This document shows, piece by piece, positions 1 to 7,517 of a DNA stretch of 20,000 nucleotides; the first letter of the stretch is position 1; the number at the start of each line of letters is the position of its first letter. A program made the translations under genes and the position numbers. The notes beneath the pieces were generated by a model. It did not search any database, was not told the DNA's origin, and saw only the letters and a program-made list of their open reading frames with translations. Origin of the DNA: an uncultured virus (IMG/VR IMGVR_UViG_3300017913_002196) (lineage: Duplodnaviria; Heunggongvirae; Uroviricota; Caudoviricetes); the IMG/VR virus record IMGVR_UViG_3300017913_002196. One strand, given 5' to 3'.

Positions 1-669
1 AAAGACAGTTTCGTGAAAGAGATACAGTCTTCAGCAGCATTTCACATTCAACCTAAAAATCCAACTCAACAGTACTTACTAGATTGTATTGATCAATCTG
101 TAATGACTATTTGTATTGGACCTGCAGGGACCGGCAAAACGTTCTGCTCTGGTATGAAGGCCGCACAGTTAATTTTAAAAGGAGGTTATGATAAGATTGT
201 GCTCACTAGACCTAATGTATCTACAGGAAGATCATTAGGATATTTTCCAGGGTCAGTAGAAGAAAAAATGACCCCGTGGCTCAAACCTATCATGAATGTC
301 CTTCAAGAAGGATTAGGTAAAGGTAGATATGACTATATGGTATCTAAAAGTCAGATAGTTGTACAACCTATAGAGACTATTAGAGGTAATTCATTTGAAG
401 ATTGTATTATCATTGTAGATGAATCTCAAAACCTTAATATGTCAGAGATTAAAGCTATTACAACTCGTATTGGTGAAAACTCTAAACTTATTATGCTTGG
501 CGATCCGGCTCAATCAGATGTACATGACGGAGAAGATCTAGACGATTTTGTTGAGATGTGTCATCACTATGGAATAGAAGCACCAATTGTAAGGTTTACT
601 ACCGATCATATTGTTCGATCGGATATAGTTGCTCAATTAGTAAAGATGTTTGCTAGAAATAAGATATAA
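1..669 (+). CDS. phoH: PhoH-family ATPase (probably 5'-truncated by the window edge)
   Basis: Walker A GPAGTGKT, LGYFPGSVEEKMTPW, RGNSF, Walker B IIVDESQN, GDPAQSD and IVRSDIV motifs typical of PhoH. The frame is open from base 1 (aaa gac agt ttc gtg), so the true start may lie upstream of the GTG at 13. Confidence 0.95.
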   Translation, partial: KDSFVKEIQSSAAFHIQPKNPTQQYLLDCIDQSVMTICIGPAGTGKTFCSGMKAAQLILKGGYDKIVLTRPNVSTGRSLGYFPGSVEEKMTPWLKPIMNVLQEGLGKGRYDYMVSKSQIVVQPIETIRGNSFEDCIIIVDESQNLNMSEIKAITTRIGENSKLIMLGDPAQSDVHDGEDLDDFVEMCHHYGIEAPIVRFTTDHIVRSDIVAQLVKMFARNKI

Positions 670-670
670 G

Positions 671-698
671 AAAAAGGGGGCTTAAGCCCCCTTTTTTT
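671..698. terminator. Bidirectional intrinsic terminator between convergent phoH and the late operon
   Basis: Perfect palindrome AAAAAGGGGGCTTAAGCCCCCTTTTT (671-696): GC stem with a T-run on each strand, between stops at 669 (+) and 697 (-). Confidence 0.9.
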
Positions 699-1134
699 AA
701 CCTGTTGTAAAGTCTTGTGCTATATTTCCGATATAATTTGTACCATCATAAACAATAGTTACTGCATCAATTGCATTTGCATCAGTGCTTAATGTTGGAT
801 CACCACCAGGGAATTTAACATTGTTTGAACCGTCTGTAAAAGTGCCTGTTCTTGAACCAGTAGCGTCTTGAGTAATAATAATTGTCACAGAAGAACCTGT
901 ATCAAAACCACTCATTGTAAAAGTTGCGTTTGTGTCTAAAGTAACAGATTGAATTGATCCGTCTTTCGGATCAATTGTAATTGATGAAGCAGAAGTCTTA
1001 GCTTGTACTTTTTCTTTAATACCACCTCTGAAATCAACTACTTTATCAAACTGTGATGCGTTAGCAACAGCTGGGTTAGCTAAATATGCTGCAAATTTTC
1101 TTGCTCTTGAAGTCCATGCGGTTCTAATTGCCAT
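697..1134 (-). CDS. Small beta-rich virion/fibre-type protein (145 aa)
   Basis: Thr/Ser/Gly-rich beta pattern (ITQDATGSRT...VKFPGG.PTLST.ANAID...YDGTNY) resembling C-terminal domains of aquatic phage fibre proteins. SD-like GGGAG and an AATAAATA motif upstream. Confidence 0.65.
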   Translation of the reverse strand: MAIRTAWTSRARKFAAYLANPAVANASQFDKVVDFRGGIKEKVQAKTSASSITIDPKDGSIQSVTLDTNATFTMSGFDTGSSVTIIITQDATGSRTGTFTDGSNNVKFPGGDPTLSTDANAIDAVTIVYDGTNYIGNIAQDFTTG

Positions 1135-1159
1135 GAGTGTTACTCCCTAATTTCTACTT

Positions 1160-1167
1160 TATTTATT
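1160..1167 (-). promoter_or_regulatory. T4-type late promoter motif AATAAATA
   Basis: tatttatt on + strand, 25 nt upstream of the ATG at 1134. Confidence 0.55.
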
Positions 1168-1243
1168 ATTTTTTAAAAATAGTCGTTACTTTTTCTTATA
1201 ATCTGAACAGATGCCTGAGCTGTTCTAAGCCCCGGATACCATA

Positions 1244-1867
1244 TTAACTTTTAGCTTTCTTTCTTCTACCTTTACGCATATTTAATAACCAATGAGCTAA
1301 CTGTTTCTTGCGAGGTGATGCAGATGAACTAGATCGTATCTTCTTAAGAGAAGAATCAGAACCTTTAGTATTAATTCCATGACGTTTACTATCACCTTTG
1401 TCTTGTGGGTTCTTTCCATCCATAAAATTTTCACCTACTTTATTTCTAAGAGCTCTTAACTGTTCTCTCTTTTTATTAAAAGCAGTTTGTCCACCAACCA
1501 TTTTTTTAGCTCTTATACCGGTAGAAGTCTTCTGTCTTTGAAAATCATTAGTTCTCATATTAGAAACACCTGTACCGGTACTACCAGTCATTATTGCTTC
1601 ACTAACATCATTCATCATATAATCTCTAGCAGTATCAATATAATCACAGGCTTTAGTAATCTTATTTTGTACCCATTCAGCCATGTTAGTGTTATCTTCT
1701 AACATGTTAATCAAATCATTTGCGTTTCGAATAATACCTCTTAATTGAGTCTTAGCCATCTCACCTTCATAGTCATATTCTCTTTCGTTAGATTCTTTTG
1801 ACTCAGATCTAAGTTTAATATATTCTCTTCTTTGAGCTATTTTTTTATCTCTCATATTACTTGGCAT
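1244..1867 (-). CDS. Hypothetical modular protein, candidate internal head protein (207 aa)
   Basis: Helical module YDYEGEMAKTQL...EWVQNKITKA.DY followed by very basic modules ending AHWLLNMRKGRRK. Modules are separated by VSEA and VGEN, which resemble gp21 cleavage sites. SD-like GAAGGG upstream. Confidence 0.7.
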   Translation of the reverse strand: MPSNMRDKKIAQRREYIKLRSESKESNEREYDYEGEMAKTQLRGIIRNANDLINMLEDNTNMAEWVQNKITKACDYIDTARDYMMNDVSEAIMTGSTGTGVSNMRTNDFQRQKTSTGIRAKKMVGGQTAFNKKREQLRALRNKVGENFMDGKNPQDKGDSKRHGINTKGSDSSLKKIRSSSSASPRKKQLAHWLLNMRKGRRKKAKS

Positions 1868-1881
1868 AGCGACCCTTCTTT

Positions 1882-1931
1882 ATTATACTTATTATAAATT
1901 TACGAAATTATACTTATTATAAATTTACGAA
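1882..1931. repeat. Perfect 2 x 25-bp tandem repeat in the intergenic region
   Basis: attatacttattataaatttacgaa at 1882-1906 and again at 1907-1931. Confidence 0.95.
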
Positions 1932-1952
1932 GCTTATTCTTAATAGCTTTAT

Positions 1953-2294
1953 TTACCATTGTTTACAGCTCCAGTAACGAGCCTTTGTTTTAGGTCCAGG
2001 GTTATCACAGTTATGCCTAGCTCTAAAAGACTTTCTACGAGCTGGATTGTCAGCTTTAATTTCCATATTAGGATCACCAAAGTTAACTTTAACTACATTA
2101 CCTTTTTCGTTCTTTACATACACTGAACGCTTTTTAGGTCCACCCGGAGTCAAAAATGGCTTGTTTAATTTTACATTTTTCTTTTTGCCACCATCTTCCT
2201 CATCAATGTATAAGGCATCTTCTTCAACTTCACCCCATTCATTAATTTGTGTCTTTACATTTTCGAATACATTATCACCGGTTAAGATGCTCAT
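1953..2294 (-). CDS. Small basic hypothetical phage protein (113 aa), candidate internal head protein
   Basis: Short acidic leader, then a basic domain (KVNFGDPNM...RRKSFRARHNC...ARYWSCKQW) that I recognise from T4-like aquatic phages. SD GGAG upstream. Confidence 0.8.
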   Translation of the reverse strand: MSILTGDNVFENVKTQINEWGEVEEDALYIDEEDGGKKKNVKLNKPFLTPGGPKKRSVYVKNEKGNVVKVNFGDPNMEIKADNPARRKSFRARHNCDNPGPKTKARYWSCKQW

Positions 2295-2303
2295 AGTTTA
2301 CTC

Positions 2304-2885
2304 CTATAGTAAGTTATTATTAAGTCTACCATTTGTGTAGGTTTGATTTTCAAAGTATAAGTATCTAAATGATGCTGTACTTTTTACATATGTTATATCT
2401 TGATCAGCAGCATTGTATGTTGGTCCATCTAAACTAATAGGAAAACAATCAACAAAATTCCAATGTACTAAAGGTTTGTTACCAGCATCACAACCAAATA
2501 CAGTTATGTTAGAGGTAGTGTTTCTCCACCCTGTACTTCCAGTAGTATTAGTTGTATTAGTAAACTCATTATACTGTTCATGTTGTTCGGGATGATTAAT
2601 AGCTTTTAACCATTCAAGTACCGTTCTATAATTAGTGAAGTCTTTATCCACTAAGAACTCAAAATCTAAAGATGAATAATCAACTCCATTACCAGGTAGA
2701 AAAGCTCTAACAGGGTTAAGTCTATTAGATAAAGGTACTTCACCTCCAGTTACGTTTGGTATGTTTACTGATTGTATATTAAAAACTAGAGAAGGTAATG
2801 TCTCTGCAACAGCATAGAAATTTTGAGGAGCTACATATGAGAGCTCTGGTATTCTAGATGATACTGTACTATATGATACTGCCAT
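2304..2885 (-). CDS. gp3: Tail completion / tail-tube terminator protein (T4 gp3-like)
   Basis: Tube-fold motifs (QSVNIP, YSSLDFEFLVDKDFTNY..VLEWL, FVDCFPISL, ASFRY). Lies directly after gp23, as in T4-like cyanophages. Confidence 0.75.
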   Translation of the reverse strand: MAVSYSTVSSRIPELSYVAPQNFYAVAETLPSLVFNIQSVNIPNVTGGEVPLSNRLNPVRAFLPGNGVDYSSLDFEFLVDKDFTNYRTVLEWLKAINHPEQHEQYNEFTNTTNTTGSTGWRNTTSNITVFGCDAGNKPLVHWNFVDCFPISLDGPTYNAADQDITYVKSTASFRYLYFENQTYTNGRLNNNLL

Positions 2886-2889
2886 ATTC

Positions 2890-2897
2890 TATTTATT
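2890..2897 (-). promoter_or_regulatory. Late promoter motif AATAAATA for the gp3-like gene
   Basis: Minus strand reads AATAAATA-GAAT-ATG, immediately after the T-tract of the gp23 terminator. Confidence 0.65.
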
Positions 2898-2927
2898 AAA
2901 AAAAGAGGCAGCCGAAGCTGCCTCTTT
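2898..2927 (-). terminator. Intrinsic terminator with C(UUCG)G tetraloop after the major capsid gene
   Basis: Minus strand AAAGAGGCAGC-TTCG-GCTGCCTC-TTTTTTT. UUCG-loop terminators are characteristic of T4-like phages. Confidence 0.92.
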
Positions 2928-2948
2928 GTTATCGTTGTATCTAAACGT

Positions 2949-4439
2949 TTACACGTTGTCGATACGGAACTTACGATAGTAAACGTTAGTATTATGAGCT
3001 GCCAAGCCTTGTGACTGTACTGCTGCAGAACCCTGTGAGAATGGATTTGAAACCATACCGTAACGAGTCTTGAAGCCAATCTTTGGCTGGAATGTCTCTT
3101 GTGCAACTGCACGTACCATCTGTAGTGGTACGTATGGGCAGTAGAACATACCTGCGTCCATGTTGTTTGCACCCTTATAACCAACAACAGCATAATCGCC
3201 ATTAGTTGCATATGGGTCAACATACACTTTCATGCGTCCGTTCAATGTACCTGCAAATACACCTGATGTCACATCAACGTTTAAGTTGTCTGACAAGCCT
3301 GATGAATAGTCTAAAAGACCAGCCATTGTCAAGCTAGATGCTACGTTTGCAGAACAAAGTACGAAATTACCTTTACCGCGGCGTGTTTCGAAAGCAATTT
3401 TGTTTGCTTCTTTCTCAAGCTGCAACATAAGGCCTTTCTGACGCTCAACTGACCAACGGCCTTGACCATCTGCAATCAAGTCAAAGATACCATCGTTTGT
3501 TAAACCGTCTGCACCATACTTAGCTTGGCTAATCATAGTACGTACTACTTCACGGTTAATTTCAGCAAGAATTTCTGTTGACAAAATGTTTGACAATTCT
3601 GCTTCTGCATCCAAACCATGAACTGCTTTAAGGTCTTGAACCAATTCCATGGTGTATTCACTCTTGAGCGCACGTGTCTTTGCTTCAACAGCTGTACGTT
3701 CAATTGTGAATGACATTTCACGGAAGTTATCCCCTTCACCTTCTCTGGTTGTCATACCAAATGGTGTTGTGCCTGCTGAAGACATACCTGATGGTACATA
3801 ACCTGTGTTAAGTGCTGGGTCAGCTGTTACTGTGTCAACGAATGGATCGTTAACAGGTGTAACTGAGTTGTCTGTGTAAGCTTCTGATTCAGCTGCTGTT
3901 GAACCGTCTGACTTTGAACGTGATGGTGAGAATGGATTCCCTGAAGTATCTTCATTGGTACCTGCAGCATGTGTTCCTGGCTGACCAGTGTTAAATGCTG
4001 TACCAGAGAAGTTCGGGAATACTTCATCATAGAATGCTTCTAATCCGAGATCACCTGCACCTGGTTCGTTGTTGTTATTGTAACGTGCACGTAATGCGAA
4101 GATCAAACCTGTCGGAGCTGACATTGGCTGAACACCACATAAATCGAATGCCATCATCTGTGGCATTGCACGGCGGACCAATGAGATAATGATTGGATCA
4201 TAACCTGCACGGCCTGTAGCATTGATGGTTGCGTTTGTACCTGCGCCTGAGAATGCGCCACCGAATGCTGCACCAGAAACTGATGCTTCATCGATAATAC
4301 CTGCCTCTTCCTTCAATGCCTTTTCTGTGTTTTCGAGGACCTGAGCAACAACCGCTTTACGATCACGATCCTGAATTGGATCTAGATCTTCGTGGCTGAT
4401 TACTGGTGCCCATTTTTCCATAAGGACATCGGTTGACAT
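2949..4439 (-). CDS. gp23: Major capsid protein (T4 gp23 family)
   Basis: EKWAPV, DPIIISLVRRAMP, CGVQPMSAPTGLIFALRARY, FREMSFTIER, AKTRALKSEYTMELVQDLKAVHGLDAEAELSNILSTEILAEINRE, FYCPYVPLQM, FQPKIGFKTRYG. Strong SD GAAGGAG. Confidence 0.99.
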   Translation of the reverse strand: MSTDVLMEKWAPVISHEDLDPIQDRDRKAVVAQVLENTEKALKEEAGIIDEASVSGAAFGGAFSGAGTNATINATGRAGYDPIIISLVRRAMPQMMAFDLCGVQPMSAPTGLIFALRARYNNNNEPGAGDLGLEAFYDEVFPNFSGTAFNTGQPGTHAAGTNEDTSGNPFSPSRSKSDGSTAAESEAYTDNSVTPVNDPFVDTVTADPALNTGYVPSGMSSAGTTPFGMTTREGEGDNFREMSFTIERTAVEAKTRALKSEYTMELVQDLKAVHGLDAEAELSNILSTEILAEINREVVRTMISQAKYGADGLTNDGIFDLIADGQGRWSVERQKGLMLQLEKEANKIAFETRRGKGNFVLCSANVASSLTMAGLLDYSSGLSDNLNVDVTSGVFAGTLNGRMKVYVDPYATNGDYAVVGYKGANNMDAGMFYCPYVPLQMVRAVAQETFQPKIGFKTRYGMVSNPFSQGSAAVQSQGLAAHNTNVYYRKFRIDNV

Positions 4440-4508
4440 TGTATTTCTCCTTCAAAAAATTTTAATAATGTCTAATTTTTCTTAATTATTTAATACTCTT
4501 CAATTTTC

Positions 4509-6488
4509 TTAATTATTCACAGTCTTTGAAAGGAACTTCGCATACTGCGATACAGTACTGTCATCTTCTTCGATAACTGTACCACCGAATACTTCCTCAC
4601 TCAATGAGCTAAGAAGTGGTTGCTCAGATGATTCGTTGAAATAGCCCTCTTTAAGCTGCTCTACTTTATATCTGAACTCTTCGATGTCATCTGCTTCAAC
4701 ATTTTCAGACAAGTTTTCTAAGCGGATCTTTTGTGTCTGAGTTAAGTCGTTGCTGACTTCATCTACGATTTCTTTTCTTTTGATTTCCAAAAGTTCTCTC
4801 TTAGCTGACTCAAGCTCACCTGCTTGCTCATCTAACTGCTCTTTATATGATTCAACTGCTTCAGTTAACTCATCAACAACAGATACTTCTTCTTCTGGAA
4901 TATCAATAAAGTTAGATTCAAATACTGTCTTCATTTCGCGAATAAAGTTTTCAGCAATTTCAGTTCTTAATGAGTATTTGATCTCTAACTGATTTTCTTC
5001 TAACCATTCATTAACTACATAGTCAACATACTGGTCAACTTTTTCGTTAATCTTTTTAACTTCTTCTTCTAATTCATCAGCGTATTTAGCTTCAATTTCT
5101 TCAGCTAACTTATTAGCCTTTTCATTGACTGCTGTTTCAAAGATAACAGAAGCTTTTTCTTTAAAGTCTTCATCAAGATCTTCCATTAACTCATCCGCAT
5201 CTTCCTTAACAGGGCCTTTTGGATTAGCTTTAGTTGGAGTATCAATAGGATCTTTAGCTTGATCATGAGCACCTTCACCAGGATTACCACCTTTAGAAGT
5301 AGGCTCATTTTTACCTTTCTCTTCTTTAGGACGTTTGTCTTCATTTTCAGCAGAAGATGGTGCAGCTTCTAACTTTTCACCAGTTGCTTCTTCTACTTCT
5401 TCTTCTGACTCTTCTTTAGCCATAGCTTTCTTAATAGCTTTGTCTTTATTGTCCATATACTCTTTATCATCTGGCTCATCTACACCATCACCATCCATGT
5501 CACCTTTATCTTTTGCTTCAGTGACTTCTTGATAATGAGCTTCGATTTCTGCTTGCTCTTCTTCAGTCAAGTTAGAATAGAAATCATGGAACTCTTCTTC
5601 TGTAAGACCTTCGATCTTATCCCAGTCCCATTCCATTTCTTCTTCTACAGATTCTTTAGCTTCTTCTTCATCATCGTCGTCATCGTCATCATCTTTTTCG
5701 TGATCATCTTTAGAAGCCTCTTCTACTGACTCATCAGTTTCTTCTTTATCATCGTCTTCATCATCGTCATCAGAATCATCTTCTTCTTTCATGTTCTTCA
5801 TTGACTCTTTTTCATCGTCTGGAATATGATCATCATTAGCATTCTTTTTTACAGTTGTGTCTTGTGCTTCTTCGATCTCGTCTTCTTCCACTACAACAGA
5901 ATCATAACGCTCTTTAAACTCAGCTAACTCTTCTTCTGTTAACGAATCAACTAACTCCTGGAAATCATCTTCAGAAAGGTTATCAATCTTATCCCAATCC
6001 CATTCCATTGTTTCTGCATCTTCGTCCATAGCTTGATTATGAGGACCTTTGTTAGCTTCAACTTCAGCTGAAGCGTCAGAAGGTAATGCATTCTTACCAT
6101 CTTTCTTAGGACCTACATCTTTATCACCACCACCATCGATAGCAGCACCTTTTTCTGAACCTAAAACTTCTTTAGAATTATCTGATGCGCTAGAAGCAAT
6201 CTTACCTTTGTTCATATCACCGACGTCTTTATCACCGCCTGCGTCAATAGCAGCACCTTTTTCAGAACCAATAACCTCAGATGAATTATCACCTTCTTGA
6301 TCTGACTTAGGCTTAGCTGTATCAGTAAGTTTATTAGCTGCAAGAGACTTATCAGTCTTGTCCTGCGCTTCGTCTACCTGATCTTCTTCACTCATTTTGT
6401 TTTGAGGGTTTCTAACTTTTTTAGGTGCAGTCATATCCGCTTCTAAAAGCTCCTCAATAACATCAATTAAACCGTTATTCTTTTCCAT
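4509..6488 (-). CDS. gp22: Prohead core scaffold protein (T4 gp22 family) with a long acidic N-terminal extension
   Basis: C-terminal ~230 aa match gp22 (FKEKASVIFETAV, VDQYVDYVVNEWLEEN, LRTEIAENFI, FESNFIDIPEE, LTQTQKIRL, LKEGYF). Lies between gp21 and gp23. Start moved from the TTG at 6503 to the ATG at 6488, which follows a GGAG SD. Confidence 0.93.
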   Translation of the reverse strand: MEKNNGLIDVIEELLEADMTAPKKVRNPQNKMSEEDQVDEAQDKTDKSLAANKLTDTAKPKSDQEGDNSSEVIGSEKGAAIDAGGDKDVGDMNKGKIASSASDNSKEVLGSEKGAAIDGGGDKDVGPKKDGKNALPSDASAEVEANKGPHNQAMDEDAETMEWDWDKIDNLSEDDFQELVDSLTEEELAEFKERYDSVVVEEDEIEEAQDTTVKKNANDDHIPDDEKESMKNMKEEDDSDDDDEDDDKEETDESVEEASKDDHEKDDDDDDDDEEEAKESVEEEMEWDWDKIEGLTEEEFHDFYSNLTEEEQAEIEAHYQEVTEAKDKGDMDGDGVDEPDDKEYMDNKDKAIKKAMAKEESEEEVEEATGEKLEAAPSSAENEDKRPKEEKGKNEPTSKGGNPGEGAHDQAKDPIDTPTKANPKGPVKEDADELMEDLDEDFKEKASVIFETAVNEKANKLAEEIEAKYADELEEEVKKINEKVDQYVDYVVNEWLEENQLEIKYSLRTEIAENFIREMKTVFESNFIDIPEEEVSVVDELTEAVESYKEQLDEQAGELESAKRELLEIKRKEIVDEVSNDLTQTQKIRLENLSENVEADDIEEFRYKVEQLKEGYFNESSEQPLLSSLSEEVFGGTVIEEDDSTVSQYAKFLSKTVNN

Positions 6489-6509
6489 TGTATTAAACTC
6501 CAATTAATT

Positions 6510-6517
6510 TATTTATA
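6510..6517 (-). promoter_or_regulatory. Canonical T4 late promoter TATAAATA
   Basis: tatttata on + strand between the gp21 stop and the gp22 SD/ATG. Confidence 0.8.
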
Positions 6518-7183
6518 TTAAAGCGTCTTTAAGAAGCTCTCAAATACTTCTAACTTAACTTCATTAAGTTCTTTTAATTTAGCTCTCTTTAATTTCTCTC
6601 TCTGAAATTCTAAATCTACTTGTTTCCAAATTCCAGATTCGTAAATCCATTCAGCTTGTTCCATTACACCTTCAACAAAAGATGATTGTGCAGATGGATC
6701 AAACACAACATCAGCGGCAGTAGTAAGTACAAAATCATTACCTACTAAATTATAACCTTCTCTTTGAGGAATAAGACTACCTAAACCTCTAGAAGATACA
6801 CCAATCTTTACACCATCAGATAAAAGATTCTCTACTATCTTACCCATTGGTGTTGATAAAACCTTAGCTTTACCCATATAGTAAACAGCGTCGTCAGCCC
6901 TTTCTTTAGTCAACTTAGTTGTCATAATAGCTGCGCGCTCAGGATTTACAATAGGTTCAGCTGGATGGTTCAATTCCCCCAAAGCTCTTTTTTGTGAAAT
7001 ATAATCTTCGTTATACTTTTCAACTGCAGCATCCATAACTTCTTCTGTATAGATTCTGCCATTTTTATTTTTCTTTTCAGCTTGAAGAAAAGGACCATTA
7101 ATATACATTCTTTTCTCTGAACCTTTACCTTCAGAGATGACATCTAGATCATTAAAAGTGATATCTTCTTTAATAAGTTTCAT
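6518..7183 (-). CDS. gp21: Prohead core protease (T4 gp21 family)
   Basis: GPFLQAE.KN.NGRIY, RALGELNHP (catalytic His), TPMGKIV, GVSSRGLGSL (catalytic Ser), ADVVFDPSA..SFVEG. Confidence 0.98.
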   Translation of the reverse strand: MKLIKEDITFNDLDVISEGKGSEKRMYINGPFLQAEKKNKNGRIYTEEVMDAAVEKYNEDYISQKRALGELNHPAEPIVNPERAAIMTTKLTKERADDAVYYMGKAKVLSTPMGKIVENLLSDGVKIGVSSRGLGSLIPQREGYNLVGNDFVLTTAADVVFDPSAQSSFVEGVMEQAEWIYESGIWKQVDLEFQREKLKRAKLKELNEVKLEVFESFLKTL

Positions 7184-7185
7184 AA

Positions 7186-7506
7186 TTATGTCCTAAACTC
7201 AATAACAACATTACCCTGTGATGCGGTTGTAAAAGTAATTGCACACGCAGCAGGTGCAGCTAAATTAATACCACCGTGTAATGATAATTCCCATCTGCCG
7301 GTTTCAAAATCTTTACCGTCAATTGTTACAGCAGACTGTCCCATGTTAGTAACTGATTCAATCTTTCTTACTCGTACATAGTTACCATTTACAGTAAAGT
7401 CATCTGAATCTAATGTATGATCTGCATCATAGACATGATAGACAATTCTGTTACCAGGTGTTGAACCATTTACTTGTACCGCTTTTGCTACAATTTCTGC
7501 TGCCAT
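7186..7506 (-). CDS. Hypothetical small beta-rich protein in the head module (106 aa)
   Basis: Clean ORF tightly packed between the gp68-like gene and gp21, with SD-like AAGGG and an alternating hydrophobic beta pattern. Confidence 0.75.
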   Translation of the reverse strand: MAAEIVAKAVQVNGSTPGNRIVYHVYDADHTLDSDDFTVNGNYVRVRKIESVTNMGQSAVTIDGKDFETGRWELSLHGGINLAAPAACAITFTTASQGNVVIEFRT

Positions 7507-7517
7507 TTTCTATACCC

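Noticed and set aside
3760..4010. Low-complexity Gly/Ser/Thr segment in gp23 as a novel insertion
   Set aside because: It corresponds to the normally variable insertion region of gp23-family capsids.
2831..4030. Alternative-frame minus-strand ORFs within gp23 (2831-3223, 3545-3739, 3827-4030), and likewise 10338-10601 within gp20
   Set aside because: Out-of-frame by-products of codon bias in highly conserved genes. One would cross the gp23 terminator.
5660..5790. DSD within the gp22 Asp/Glu tract as part of the DSD system
   Set aside because: A single occurrence inside a poly-Asp run is expected by chance.
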